Assembly (NCBI GenBank): GCA_965219955.1
Contig: OZ244799.1
Coordinates: 2,816,001-2,880,000, forward strand
Source of the DNA: a bacterium
GTDB lineage: Bacteria > UBA8248
Reading direction: 5' to 3'
Length of the DNA stretch: 64,000 nucleotides
The notes beneath the pieces were generated by a model. It was not told where the DNA came from. It did not search any database and saw only the letters and a program-made list of their open reading frames with translations. The translations under genes and the position numbers were made by a program. Each line of letters starts with the position of its first letter. Position 1 is the first letter of the stretch. Shown here piece by piece: positions 49,570 through 60,652 of this stretch.

Positions 49570-50583
49570 CTAGTACTTGAGCGCCTTGTTCATGACCGGG
49601 AGAATCGCGAAGACGCCCGACGTTCTGGTGTCCACCATCACCTTCACGGCGTGCATGTGCTTTGCGCCGAAGACCTGTAGCGCTACGACGTTCGGCGCTT
49701 TTTTCCGGAACGGGCGCATGATGTCATAGACGTGCGTGTCGCCGTAGATCAGCAAAACCGGCTTTTTGAACGCGGCGGCCGCTTTGATCAGCGCATCGCC
49801 GAAACTCTTGAATCCCGACGCGCCCGAGAACGCCTCTTTCTTCGCTCTGAAAAACCCGGGCTTGAACATATCGGCGTGGATGACGAGTACGAGCGCCTTG
49901 GCCTTCCCGGCGATGGCTTTATCGAAACCCGCGTTCAGCCAGGCGACGTTCGCCCTATCGCGGGCGAAGAACTCCCGGGCGGCGCGCGGGTCGCGCACCT
50001 CGAAGTTGTTGTTCGAGCCGACAACGTGCGCCGTGATGAAATGGACGCCCTCTTTCACGAAGCGCGCATTCTCGGGGTATTCCTTAAATCCCTTCATCAG
50101 GTCCGACTGGCGCTCGAGCTTCATGGGAACCTTGCCGAGTGATTGCGGGCCGCGGGAGAAGTAGTGCTTCCGCAAGAAAGCGAGCCTCTCTACCGGATCG
50201 AAACGGCCAGCCTTTTTACGGTGGCAGTCGGTCCATTCGTTGTCGCCGGGCGTGTAGACGATCGGGGCTTCGAAGGAGTTCATGAAATCGAGCTGGTCGA
50301 GCAGCATCTTGTCCGAACAGGGCGTAGAGCCCGATTTGGTGTCTCCGACGTGGACCGTGAAAGCAGGCTTGAGCGCGTTGATCTGGCCGATCAGCGCCTT
50401 GAACGGCGGGTAGACCTTCGCGGGCTCCCCGTAAGGCATGTCGCCCAAGGCCACGAAGGTGAAGGGTTTATCCGCTGCGGCTGCGCCCGCCGTCAGCACG
50501 AACAGCGCGGTCGCGCCGAGCAGCGCACTGAAGCATCTCTTCAAGAATGAAGCGGAATTTTTCATCGGACCCATCTCATCCAT
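49570..50583 (-). CDS. Secreted calcineurin-like metallophosphoesterase
   Basis: GDMPY, HVGDTK, PGDNEWTDC, GDTH; signal peptide. Confidence 0.85.
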   Translation of the reverse strand: MDEMGPMKNSASFLKRCFSALLGATALFVLTAGAAAADKPFTFVALGDMPYGEPAKVYPPFKALIGQINALKPAFTVHVGDTKSGSTPCSDKMLLDQLDFMNSFEAPIVYTPGDNEWTDCHRKKAGRFDPVERLAFLRKHYFSRGPQSLGKVPMKLERQSDLMKGFKEYPENARFVKEGVHFITAHVVGSNNNFEVRDPRAAREFFARDRANVAWLNAGFDKAIAGKAKALVLVIHADMFKPGFFRAKKEAFSGASGFKSFGDALIKAAAAFKKPVLLIYGDTHVYDIMRPFRKKAPNVVALQVFGAKHMHAVKVMVDTRTSGVFAILPVMNKALKY

Positions 50584-50781
50584 CTCCTATGGATTGCAAA
50601 AAAGATCGGCATCTCCCGATACGAAAGGAGCCGTCTGCCAACAACTGGCAAAACATCCATGCCGAAACCCGCCAGAAGATGCAATATAGAGAAAATTTCC
50701 AGGAGAGGTGTTACAAACAGGTGGCGATTCCATGATTTTTCGCTAAAACGAGGTCGGATGAACAGCGCACCGCGCCGAACC

Positions 50782-51669
50782 CTACCTGCGCCAGCCCATC
50801 CTGTCCGCGATGCGCAGGATGATGTCCGAGCGGTTGAGGGCGTAGACGTGAAAATGGTTGACGCCCAGTTCCATCAACTCCCAAATCTGGAACGCCGCCA
50901 GATCGGCCGAGCTTTCCAGAAAGGCCTCGGGGTCATTCTCGTAGGGCGCCAACGCATCGACGACGCTTTTGGGCACGCTCGCCCCGCATTTTTCCGCGAA
51001 ACGCTGGACCTGGCCCAGGTCGCGCACGGGCAGGATGCCCGGCGACACGGGAACCGGGACGCCCCGAATCGCCGCCTGCTCCCTGAACCGCTCCCAGACG
51101 TGCGCTTCGAAGAAGAACTGCGAAATCGCGTAGCTGGCCCCTTCGTCGACCTTGCGGATGAAGTGATCCATATCCGCGCTCTTGTCGGGCGTTTCGGGGT
51201 GGCCCTCGGGGTAGCAGGCCACGCCGATGGAGTGGAGCCAGTCGAAGTTACAGAGCCACCGCACGAGGTCGGCGGCATAGCGGAACCCGCCGGCCACGGC
51301 CTCATCGCGCGTCATGCCTTCCGGGATGTCTCCGCGTAGCGCCAGGAAGTCGCACACCCGGTTATCCCCATAAACGTCCAGCAGGCGCTTGAGTTCCGTT
51401 TCGTTCGCGCCCACGCAGGTGAGGTGCGCCACGACGCGACGCGGATAGCGCCTCGCCAGCTCCAGCACCAACTCGAGCGTGCCCTCCTGCGTGGAGCCGC
51501 CCGCTCCGTAAGTCACCGAAATGAAAGCGACGTCCATCGCCTCGTGAATCGCCTCCACCTCGCGCAGGGTGCGCTCCACCGCCTTGCGCCCCTTGGGCGG
51601 ATAGAGCTCGATGGATATGCTCACTCCGGCGGAGACGATGCCATCGATGACGGCGGACAACCCGTTCAT
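50782..51669 (-). CDS. metF: Methylenetetrahydrofolate reductase
   Basis: SIELYPPK, SVTYGAGGS, AHLTCV, ALRGD, YPEGHPE, SQFFF. Confidence 0.95.
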   Translation of the reverse strand: MNGLSAVIDGIVSAGVSISIELYPPKGRKAVERTLREVEAIHEAMDVAFISVTYGAGGSTQEGTLELVLELARRYPRRVVAHLTCVGANETELKRLLDVYGDNRVCDFLALRGDIPEGMTRDEAVAGGFRYAADLVRWLCNFDWLHSIGVACYPEGHPETPDKSADMDHFIRKVDEGASYAISQFFFEAHVWERFREQAAIRGVPVPVSPGILPVRDLGQVQRFAEKCGASVPKSVVDALAPYENDPEAFLESSADLAAFQIWELMELGVNHFHVYALNRSDIILRIADRMGWRR

Positions 51670-51714
51670 CCCTTCCCTCCTCCCTCAGGCGGACGCCGCC
51701 AGTATGCGAGACGC

Positions 51715-51750
51715 AAAAAAACGGGCGCGGGGCATGTCCACCCCGCGCCC
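51715..51750 (-). terminator. Rho-independent terminator after sod-peroxiredoxin
   Basis: GGGCGCGGGG/CCCCGCGCCC stem followed by a U7 tract on the minus strand. Confidence 0.8.
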
Positions 51751-51775
51751 AGGAACATCAGGTACAAAGACCGGC

Positions 51776-52240
51776 CTAGCCCAGACCCTCGAGCGCCGCG
51801 AAGAGCTTCTCGTCGTCGGGCTTCTCGGGCGGAGCGGCCGTCTGCTCCATATAGGCGACGTTCCCGTCCTTGTTGACGAGTATCACCGCGCGGTTGCTGA
51901 ACCCCTTGTCGTTCAAGAGTCCATAGGCCGCGCACGTTCCCTTGCCGAAGAAATCGCTCAGCAGCGGGAACTCGATGCCGTATTGCTCGGCCCAGGCGGC
52001 GTGCGCGAAGGGGCTGTCCACGCTGATGCCGATGACCTCGCAGTCCGCATTGTCGAACTTCGCCTTCTCCGCCTGATAGGCGGGCAGCTGCTCGCTGCAG
52101 ACGGAGGAGAAATCGAACGGGTAGAAGCAAAGCAGGACGTTCTTCTTGCCCCGGTAATCGCTCAGCTTGATCGTGTCGCCCTCGGCGAGGGTTCTCGGCA
52201 GCTCGAACTCGGGAGCCGCATCACCTACGCTCAGTGCCAT
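51776..52240 (-). CDS. Peroxiredoxin (AhpC/TSA, AhpE-like)
   Basis: [25 protein letters not shown]. Confidence 0.92.
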   Translation of the reverse strand: MALSVGDAAPEFELPRTLAEGDTIKLSDYRGKKNVLLCFYPFDFSSVCSEQLPAYQAEKAKFDNADCEVIGISVDSPFAHAAWAEQYGIEFPLLSDFFGKGTCAAYGLLNDKGFSNRAVILVNKDGNVAYMEQTAAPPEKPDDEKLFAALEGLG

Positions 52241-52252
52241 GATACAACCCTC

Positions 52253-52840
<588 letters not shown>

Positions 52841-53087
52841 TTCGTTTTCTCCTTGATGGGAATGGAATGTTCCGATTCAGGTCGTAAAAATCAAACAGCC
52901 GGGGCCGCGACCCCGAAAAATTATCCGAAACCGCCGGATCGCGTGAACGGCGATGAGAGACGATGCGGATGAGTTTTCCGTTTTGAGTAAAATTGTATCT
53001 CTGCCCTGATTCACAAGCGCGCGTATTCTACTTTCAGGGATCGCCTGCGTCAAACCGCATCCCGGTCGGGAACGGCCCCTTTTTCCC

Positions 53088-53987
53088 CTATTCCGGCGCG
53101 TCCATCTTCTGGATCTCGTCGAAATCGCGGTAGAGAAGCGTCAGGTCCTCCTCGATCATCCCCCGCTCGACGGCCTTTTTCAAAAACGAGAGCGTACCCT
53201 CGGCCAACTGGATGTCCGCGCCCCGCTTTCGCCCGATGCCGACGGCGAGGCCAACGTCTTTTTGCAGGTTGTAGATGCGGGCCTGCCCGTTCCACGTGCC
53301 CGAGAGGATGTTGTTCGGAAACCGGTGGCGGCTCGCGTAGCTGTAGGCCGTCGACGCGTTGAAGATGTCGATCATGTCCTCGACCCGCATCCCGAGCCGC
53401 TCGACGAGGCGCGCTCCCTCGCACGTCGCCAGGAACATCGTGTGGAGCACCATGTTGTGGATGAGCTTCATGGTGTGGCCCGAGCCCAGCGCACCCAGAT
53501 GGAAGACGTGATCCACGAAGGGCTTGAGGTATCGCCTCGTTCGCTTGAGGAGCTTCTCGTCTCCGCCGATCATGAGCGTGAGCTTCCCCTCCAGGATGTT
53601 GCCGGGCCCGCCGCTCATGCCGGCGTCGAGATAGCCCAGCCCCGCGCGCTCGGCGCGCTTCGCAAGGCGCTTGGTCTTCGCCGGGTCGGACGTCGTGAGG
53701 TCGTAGACGACGAGGCCTTTTCCCGGGTTTTTGAGCAGGCCGTCCTTTCCCCGGAAACACGCGGCAATTTCCTCCGATGAAGGAACGACGAAGAAGACGA
53801 CCGCGCAGGATTCCCCTATCTCGCGCGGCGTGGCGATGGCGACGTCCTCGGCTCCCTCGAAGGGCTCCCGCCTTTCCTCTGAAACGTCCCAGACCATCAG
53901 GGGCATCTTCGCCCCGATAAACCTTTGCGCCACGGGATTCCCCATGCGGCCCAGGCCGATGACGCCCACGCTGTTTCTTTTCGCCAT
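53088..53987 (-). CDS. NAD(P)-dependent beta-hydroxyacid dehydrogenase (3-hydroxyisobutyrate dehydrogenase family)
   Basis: GLGRMG, DAGMSGG, G.G.TMKLIHN, KDV.LA. Confidence 0.9.
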   Translation of the reverse strand: MAKRNSVGVIGLGRMGNPVAQRFIGAKMPLMVWDVSEERREPFEGAEDVAIATPREIGESCAVVFFVVPSSEEIAACFRGKDGLLKNPGKGLVVYDLTTSDPAKTKRLAKRAERAGLGYLDAGMSGGPGNILEGKLTLMIGGDEKLLKRTRRYLKPFVDHVFHLGALGSGHTMKLIHNMVLHTMFLATCEGARLVERLGMRVEDMIDIFNASTAYSYASRHRFPNNILSGTWNGQARIYNLQKDVGLAVGIGRKRGADIQLAEGTLSFLKKAVERGMIEEDLTLLYRDFDEIQKMDAPE

Positions 53988-54025
53988 GCAACACCTCGGA
54001 TGGATGAACCAGAAATGACTTTTGC

Positions 54026-54102
54026 TGGAGCCGACGACCGGACTTGAACCGGTGACCTGCTGATTACGAATCAGCTGCTCTACCTGTCTGAGCTACGTCG
54101 GC
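54026..54102 (-). tRNA. tRNA-Thr(CGT)
   Basis: GCCGACGTAGCTCAG...CTGATTCGTAATCAG...GGTTCAAGTCC...CGTCGGCTCCA cloverleaf. Confidence 0.97.
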
Positions 54103-54282
54103 TGAAAGGAGTATGCAACCCTGGTGAGGCTCGCGTTCCCCATGAGGGTGGTATTGAACACACCGCCCCCGCCTTCGTCAAGCCAACGGCGGCGCGAGCA
54201 GCCGAATTCCGCCTTTCACCGTTCGCGGTTTCATCGGACGGCTTGACTTACGAGCCGACGCGTCGTAAATCTCTTTTCTCTT

Positions 54283-54355
<73 letters not shown>

Positions 54356-54513
54356 CTACAAACCATCCCGAATCCGTTCGGGTTTCATACTATTTCTCAC
54401 AGGAACGCCCGGACTACGTCTCGTGCGGGAATGCGGCCCGCCCCCGGTGGGGGCCGGTTCGCGCGCCGGGCAACCCACGGCCCGCTCCCAGATCACCACG
54501 ATGGAGACCGAAC

Positions 54514-54897
54514 ATGGACGACGCCGAGAAGAAGGCCCTGATCGAGAAGACCGTCGCCGACCGCGGCTGGGTGCTGCCCGAGCAGGAGTTCTACATCAAC
54601 AAAGACCCCGAATACCACGTGCGCCAGAGCGCGCTCTACAACCACGTCATCAAGCGCGAGGGCGCGCTCTCTGAAAAGATGCGCGAGATCATCATCATCA
54701 CCGCCCTTTGCGTGCGCCTCCCCGGTACGGAGGTGGATACCTACGTCAAGAACCACATCCGCCGCGCGCTGGACTTAGGAGCCACCGAGGATGAGATATT
54801 CGAGGCCGTGCAGTGCCTCATTTTCCCGGCCGGCGGCCCCTCGCTTATGATGGGCATCAAATGCCTCCGCGCCGTCCTGGAAGAACGGAACGCTTAA
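54514..54897 (+). CDS. Carboxymuconolactone decarboxylase (CMD/AhpD-like) family protein
   Basis: ALSEKMREII, HIRRAL.LGAT.DEI.EA, AGGP. Confidence 0.85.
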   Translation: MDDAEKKALIEKTVADRGWVLPEQEFYINKDPEYHVRQSALYNHVIKREGALSEKMREIIIITALCVRLPGTEVDTYVKNHIRRALDLGATEDEIFEAVQCLIFPAGGPSLMMGIKCLRAVLEERNA

Positions 54898-54930
54898 TAT
54901 CCATTATTCGATATCCCTGGGAGACACCGC

Positions 54931-55668
54931 ATGGACAGAAGCATCTGGGCGACCTGGTACGATCTGCCGAAAGAAGACGAGGCCGGATACAACGACTGGC
55001 TCCACCACACGCACATCAAGGAAGCGCTCAAACGCCCCGGCTACATGTGGGCGGCCCACTATGAACTCGTGGACCGCGAATCGCCCAAGTCCAAGAAAAA
55101 AGACCATCTGGCCTACACGGACGACCCCTCGATCCCGAGCGGCACGGAGTTTCTGCTGCTCTTCGGCGGCGCGAGCGCCGAGGTGTTCCTGAGTCCCAAC
55201 CCCGCCCAGCTCGCGGAGACCTATTCGGACGAGACGAAGGCGATGATCGCCAAGCGAATCGGCGAGCGCACGGGCATCTTCACCGAGGTGGACCGGGTGA
55301 ACGGCCCCGCCGCCGCCACGCGCGCGGTGGGCGGCGTGCCCGCGCCAATCCTCCAGATGGGAACCTTCAACTGCTTCACGCCGGAGGATGATTTTGATCT
55401 CAGCTCGTGGTACGCGCAGGACCGCCTGCCCGCGATGAAGTACATGCGCGGCTGCGTGGGCACGCGCAAGCTCGTCTCCGTGGCGGGATGGGCGAAGCAC
55501 TCCATTTTTTACGAGTTCGTTTCGCTGGAGATGGTTCTCGAGCACTTCCCGCGCGCGGACAAGCTCTTCCCCGGCGAGAACGACTGGTCGTACCACGTAT
55601 GCCAGCGCCTGCTCCACGCCCCCGGCTCGCCGACACGCGGCAAGCGCATCTGGCCGCCGGTCGAATAA
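54931..55668 (+). CDS. Hypothetical protein with two EthD/DUF4286-like (dimeric alpha/beta barrel) repeats
   Basis: YNDWLHHTHI...PGY and SWYAQDRLP...GC..TR repeated motif. Confidence 0.6.
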   Translation: MDRSIWATWYDLPKEDEAGYNDWLHHTHIKEALKRPGYMWAAHYELVDRESPKSKKKDHLAYTDDPSIPSGTEFLLLFGGASAEVFLSPNPAQLAETYSDETKAMIAKRIGERTGIFTEVDRVNGPAAATRAVGGVPAPILQMGTFNCFTPEDDFDLSSWYAQDRLPAMKYMRGCVGTRKLVSVAGWAKHSIFYEFVSLEMVLEHFPRADKLFPGENDWSYHVCQRLLHAPGSPTRGKRIWPPVE

Positions 55669-55684
55669 AGCGGAGGACGCGCGT

Positions 55685-56368
55685 ATGAACTACATGAAAC
55701 CGATTCAGGTCGAGGAGGCGGAAGGCGAAGCCGCGAAACTCTTCGAGGGCGTGACGAAGATGCTCGGCCGCGTGGCGAATTCCTTCGCCGTCATGGCCTA
55801 TCAGCCCCACGTCGCCAAGGTCATCCTGCCGCTCACGGTAACGCTCATGCGCGAGGGGCTGGGCACGGTGCTGCCCACCAGGATCAAGGAGATCGCCGTC
55901 ATCAAGACGAGCCACCTGAACGGGTGCGACTACTGACTCGGGCACAACACGGCGCTCGGTCGAGACGCCGGGGTGACGGAAGCGCAGGTGCAGGAAATCT
56001 GCTCGGACGCCTATATGGACTCCGAAACCATGACCCCAAGGGAGAAGGCCGCCGTCCTGTGGGCGGAGCACGTGACGCTGAACACCGCCAAGACGCGCGA
56101 CGACGTGTTCGAGGAAGTGCGGCGCCACTACGATGACCGGGAGTTCGTCGAACTCACGATGGTCATCACCTATTTCAACATGAGAAACCGCTTTCAGGAC
56201 GCCCTGCGCATTCCGCTGGATGAGCCGAAAACGATATCGGGCATCACCATCGGCCGCAGGCAGGACCCCGAGAATCTGAAAGCCTATCTCGCGGAAGTGG
56301 TGGCGGACTGGCCCGAGACCTTCCCAGGGCCTGAGGACAAAAGTGTTGAAAAACCTTCGATTTCGTGA
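55685..56368 (+). CDS. AhpD/CMD-like selenoprotein (CxxU; 227 aa, Sec at codon 84, TGA 55934-55936)
   Basis: ORFs 55685-55936 and 55973-56368 share a frame: SHLNGCDY-U-LGHN. Hairpin CGGCGCTC-GGTC-GAGACGCCG at 55950-55970. Confidence 0.87.
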
Positions 56369-56418
56369 TTCGGCGTGTAGAGCCGACTGGGGAGGAAAGA
56401 GACTACACTCCCCCCTTG

Positions 56419-56740
56419 AGGGGGTTGGTGGAAAAGACTCTAAGAACGAAGATTTGCCCGACCGATGAATGAGCAAGAATCACTCCCCCCTTGAGGGGGA
56501 GTCGAAGAGCTGAGGGCGTAAGCCCGAAAGCGATTCGGTGGGGGGTATAATTCGAAATGGCAATAAAACACATTTTACCCCCCACCGATTCAGCCTTCGC
56601 AAAAAACGCTCGGCTTCATCGACTCCCCCTCAAGGGGGGAGTGGTTGATTGGTGCTCTGCAAGGGAGGAATAAAGTTTCATCCCTTTATGGTCGGCTCCA
56701 TACGTGGAATCACGAAATCAGGGGCTTTTTCAACAACCCC
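56419..56740. mobile_element. Composite TIR-shell element containing MITE copy 3 (56480-56644)
   Basis: AGGGGGTTGGTGGAAAAG ... CTTTTTCAACAACCCC. Confidence 0.6.
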
Positions 56741-56771
56741 GGAATAAAGAGAACTCAGGAGGCTGTCAGCC

Positions 56772-57215
56772 ATGAACGAAAAGCCCGATTTCGTCTGGGA
56801 GAACCTGGAAGTCGGCATGACGATCGGCGAGCGCAGCCTCACGGTGACGCAAGCGATGGTGGACGCGCACTGCGACGCCGTGGGCGCAAAGCGGGAGTGG
56901 TATACGGGCGAATCGCCCTTTGGCTGCGCCATCGCGCCGCCCATGATCTTCATCAACGACCTGCTCGCCATCTACGATGAGAACTACAAGCGCTTCGGCA
57001 CCATCCACGCCAAGCTCGGCTACCGCTTCCACCGGCCCGTGCGGGTCGGCGAAACGGTGCGCCAGAAAGTCACGGTGACCGACCTCTACGTCAAGCGCGA
57101 GAAGGGCTGGATCGTGAGCGAGCTCGCCGTTACGAACGAGGCGGGGGAACTCCTGCTCACCTCCTCGCACACTTCCGTCCTGAGTCTCACGAGAAAGCAC
57201 GGAGAAGATGATTAA
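56772..57215 (+). CDS. MaoC-family (hotdog) dehydratase subunit
   Basis: SPFG..IAPP, IHA, F.RPVRVGET. Confidence 0.8.
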   Translation: MNEKPDFVWENLEVGMTIGERSLTVTQAMVDAHCDAVGAKREWYTGESPFGCAIAPPMIFINDLLAIYDENYKRFGTIHAKLGYRFHRPVRVGETVRQKVTVTDLYVKREKGWIVSELAVTNEAGELLLTSSHTSVLSLTRKHGEDD

Positions 57216-57645
57216 TACGCCCGCAGAACTCGACAATATGAATATCGGAGACGCTCTCCCCGAGCGGACGCACGAGGTGGACTGGGAGGACATCCTGAAA
57301 TTCAACCGCTACGTCACCGGCGGGGTGGATACGAAGAACATCCACACCGATGATGAGGTGGCGCGAAAAGCGGGTCTCCCCCGCGCGGTGGCGACGGGCC
57401 GCCACCCCGTGTCGTTCATCACCGAACTCATGGTCGACCACCTGGGGATGGGCTTCATCACGGGTGGAGAAATCGATGTTTCTTTCGTCAAGCCCATATT
57501 CCCGGGCAACGTTCTGACGCTCAAGGCGGTGCTCAAAGAAAAATCGCCTGAAGACGGCGCGACGCGCTATCTCTTCGACGTTTCGCTCACGAACCAGGAA
57601 GGCGCAGCCGTCACCGTCGGCACCGCTGGCGCCCGACTCGCCTGA
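57208..57645 (+). CDS. MaoC-family dehydratase
   Basis: NIHTDDEVARKAGLP..VATG, FVKPIFPG. Confidence 0.85.
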   Translation: MINTPAELDNMNIGDALPERTHEVDWEDILKFNRYVTGGVDTKNIHTDDEVARKAGLPRAVATGRHPVSFITELMVDHLGMGFITGGEIDVSFVKPIFPGNVLTLKAVLKEKSPEDGATRYLFDVSLTNQEGAAVTVGTAGARLA

Positions 57646-57655
57646 TCTCCACCCG

Positions 57656-59764
57656 ATGAGCGCGCACGAATCCCTGGACAGCCTGTTTCACCCGAAATCC
57701 TTTGCGGTGGTGGGTGCGGCCTCCGATCTCAACCGCCTGGGCGGCATCCCTCTCAGGCTCACGATGCGCTACGGCTTTCCCGGCCCCATCTACCCGATCA
57801 ATCCGAGGCGCGAGGAGATAGCGGGCTTAAAATGCTACGCGGACGTCGCCTCCCTGCCCGAAGCGCCCGAATTCGCGCTCATCTGCACCCCGAGAGAAGA
57901 CGTACTACCCGCCCTCGCCCAGTGCGCGGAGCGCGGCGTCAAGGCAGCCGCCGTCATCACGTCGGGCTTCGCGGAAACGGGCGCAGAGGGCGTTGCGCTT
58001 CAGGAGAAAATCCTCGCGCTCCGCGACGCGTCCGGCATGCGCGTCCTCGGCCCCAACTGCATGGGCGTGGTGCACGTGCGCTCGAAGCTCATGGCCACGT
58101 TCACGATATCCATCCGCGACGACGACCCGCTCATACCGGGGGCGGTGGCCATCGTCACCCAGAGCGGGGCGATGGGGGCGTGCATGCTCACGGGCTTTCA
58201 GGAGAGCGGCTCCGGCATCAGCAGCCTCGTGAGCCTCGGCAACGAGGTGGACGTTGATTTCGCCGAATGCGTCGAATACTTCATCGACGACCCGCACACG
58301 CGCGTCATCTGCGGGTATCTCGAATCGGTGCGCGACGGCGAGCGCCTGAGGCGCGCCGCCCTGCGCGCGCTGGAGCGGGAAAAACCCATCGTCCTCCTCA
58401 AGGGCGGCAAGACGGAAGAGGGCGCGCGCGCCGCGCGAAGCCACACCGCCGCCATCACGACTTCGAGCGACGTTTTTGGCGCCTTCGCCGCGCAATACGG
58501 GATTCAGACGCCGGACTCGATGGACGAGTTCATCGAGACAGCGGATTTCCTCGCGCGCAGCAAACCCATCCAAGGCAACGGGGTGGGGATTTTGAGCTTC
58601 TCGGGCGGGCTGGGCTCGCTCGCGGCGGATTTATCCACCGTGGCGGGGCTTACGCTCCCGATCCTCGCGGAGGGCACACAGGAAAAACTCGCGGGCGTCC
58701 TGCCCGACTACGCGCCCAAGGACAATCCCGTCGACCTCGTATCCCTCATGGTCAGCAAGCCCGAGAGCCAGCCCCTCAAGACGGCGGGCGAAGCCGTGGC
58801 GGGGGATAAGAACGTGGACGCCCTGCTCTTCATGATGGGCGTCTACCACCACGTGGGCGAGCAGATTGCACAGGAAGTTAAGGCGCTCTTCGAAGCCTCA
58901 CGCGTGCCCGTCGCATTCACCTGGATGACTGGGCCTCGCGAGCAGATAGACGCGCTCAGGAAATCCTCCGTGCCCGTATTCGGGGATTATTCGAGAGCGA
59001 TTCACGGCCTGGAATCCCTCTTATCCTTGAAAAACGCGCGCGAGGCGACAGCATCCCGTCCCTGCGCTATCGACACGGCACGCGCGGAAGCAGCGAAACG
59101 AATCATACGGGAGCACGCCCCCTTGGTTAGTGGTTTTCTGCCACCCGAAGCCTGCGCGAAGGTTCTCGACCTCTACAAAATTCCGAGGCCCAGGGAAGCG
59201 CTCGTGGATACGGGGGATGAAGCACTCATGGCCTGGGAGGAATTTCAGGCCCCCGTCGCCCTCAAGGTCGTATCGGAACTCCTTTCGCACAAGACGGAAG
59301 CGGGCGGCGTGCTCCTGAACCTCGATACAATCGATGACGTGCTTGCCGGGTCCGAAAAACTCCTCGCCTTGACGGACGATGCCCGCCTCCTGGTGCAGGA
59401 AATGGTCGAAGGCGGCCTGGAGCTATTCGTCGGCGTATCGCACGACCCGACGTTCGGCCCGTGCGTCACGGCGGGGCTGGGCGGGGTGTACGTGGAGGCG
59501 TTGGACGACGTGGCCCGCCTGCTGCCGCCCTTCGATGCCGGGGAGGCCGCGCGCGTGCTCTCAAGACTCCGCTCGCGCGTCATCTTCGACGGCTTCCGGG
59601 GCGGGCCGAAAGTTCAAATCCCGCACATATCCGATATAATGGTCAAAATCTCCGAACTGGCGACGGAACTCGGGAACGATGTCGCCGAGATGGACTTGAA
59701 CCCGCTCATCGCCACGGCGGAAGGCTGCATCGCCGTTGACGTTCGGATAAAGACTCATTCCTGA
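57656..59764 (+). CDS. ADP-forming acyl-CoA synthetase (acetate--CoA ligase family, fused alpha/beta)
   Basis: VVGA, SGFAE, GPNCMG, QSGA, SHTA (phospho-His), HKTEAGGV, DLNP. Confidence 0.92.
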   Translation: MSAHESLDSLFHPKSFAVVGAASDLNRLGGIPLRLTMRYGFPGPIYPINPRREEIAGLKCYADVASLPEAPEFALICTPREDVLPALAQCAERGVKAAAVITSGFAETGAEGVALQEKILALRDASGMRVLGPNCMGVVHVRSKLMATFTISIRDDDPLIPGAVAIVTQSGAMGACMLTGFQESGSGISSLVSLGNEVDVDFAECVEYFIDDPHTRVICGYLESVRDGERLRRAALRALEREKPIVLLKGGKTEEGARAARSHTAAITTSSDVFGAFAAQYGIQTPDSMDEFIETADFLARSKPIQGNGVGILSFSGGLGSLAADLSTVAGLTLPILAEGTQEKLAGVLPDYAPKDNPVDLVSLMVSKPESQPLKTAGEAVAGDKNVDALLFMMGVYHHVGEQIAQEVKALFEASRVPVAFTWMTGPREQIDALRKSSVPVFGDYSRAIHGLESLLSLKNAREATASRPCAIDTARAEAAKRIIREHAPLVSGFLPPEACAKVLDLYKIPRPREALVDTGDEALMAWEEFQAPVALKVVSELLSHKTEAGGVLLNLDTIDDVLAGSEKLLALTDDARLLVQEMVEGGLELFVGVSHDPTFGPCVTAGLGGVYVEALDDVARLLPPFDAGEAARVLSRLRSRVIFDGFRGGPKVQIPHISDIMVKISELATELGNDVAEMDLNPLIATAEGCIAVDVRIKTHS

Positions 59765-59777
59765 CGAGAGGAACCGC

Positions 59778-60212
59778 ATGAGCACGAGAATCACGCCGGA
59801 AATACGCGCCCTGGTGGGGCGAAAGCACGGCCCCTACCGCGTGAGGGTCGAGCAGGGGGCGGTCGAGAAATTCGCGGACGCAATCGGCGACGATAACCCC
59901 GCCTACCGGGGAGCCGACGCTATCGCGCCGCCGACGTTTCCCACCACCTTCCGGCCCAGGGACGCCTATCCCGACTTGCCGCCCGGTTTCGGCGACGTGG
60001 GCCTTCATGCCTCGCAGGTCTACGAGGTCGAGCGGCCCATCCGCGCGGGCGATGAGCTGGACGTCTCCTTCACCATCGTGGACATCACCGAAAAATCGGG
60101 CCGAACGGGCGACCTCGTGTTCGTCGAACGCGAATACGAGTTTACCGACGCGCGCGACGGCGCTCGCGTGGGAGGCGGCAAGTGGGTGTCGCTCCGGCGA
60201 TTCAGGAACTGA
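59778..60212 (+). CDS. MaoC dehydratase N-terminal (FAS1-like) domain protein
   Basis: FADAIGDDNP, APPTF, LHASQ, RPIRAGD, KSGRTG. Confidence 0.85.
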   Translation: MSTRITPEIRALVGRKHGPYRVRVEQGAVEKFADAIGDDNPAYRGADAIAPPTFPTTFRPRDAYPDLPPGFGDVGLHASQVYEVERPIRAGDELDVSFTIVDITEKSGRTGDLVFVEREYEFTDARDGARVGGGKWVSLRRFRN

Positions 60213-60222
60213 GGGAGAGACG

Positions 60223-60624
60223 ATGAGCTACCAGAAGGGCGACGCACTCCCCGAACTCGTGAAAGACCCGGTTTCGCGGACGCAGCTCGTGAAATACGCC
60301 GGCGCGAGCGGGGATTACAACTCGATCCACTATGACGACGAGGCGGCGCGGGCGGGCGGTCTGGAGGGCGTCATCGCCCACGGGATGCTCTCGATGGGCT
60401 TTCTGGGGCAGTTCGTCGAAACCACCTTCGGCGCGGGAAGCTACAAGCGGCTGGAGGTGCGCTTTCAGGGCATGGTGAAGCTGGGCGAGGTCATCACCTG
60501 CCGGGGCGTCATCACGGACATCACGCAAGAAATGGATCGCCAATACGCCGCCTGCGATATCGAGGCGGTAGACTCGGAAGGCCGCGTCGTCACCCAAGGC
60601 CGCGCACAGGCCTGGCTGGACTGA
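60223..60624 (+). CDS. MaoC-family dehydratase
   Basis: YAGASGDYNSIHYD...IAHGM. Start at ATG 60223 with GAGGGAG RBS. Confidence 0.9.
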   Translation: MSYQKGDALPELVKDPVSRTQLVKYAGASGDYNSIHYDDEAARAGGLEGVIAHGMLSMGFLGQFVETTFGAGSYKRLEVRFQGMVKLGEVITCRGVITDITQEMDRQYAACDIEAVDSEGRVVTQGRAQAWLD

Positions 60625-60652
60625 ATCCACAGAACGGAAAGAGAGGAATTCC

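Noticed and set aside
51670-51775. SAM riboswitch upstream of metF
   Set aside because: The short gap is explained by the peroxiredoxin terminator, and no SAM-I/II consensus is visible.
51776-52240. Peroxiredoxin as a third selenoprotein
   Set aside because: The peroxidatic residue is an ordinary Cys codon and the ORF is uninterrupted.
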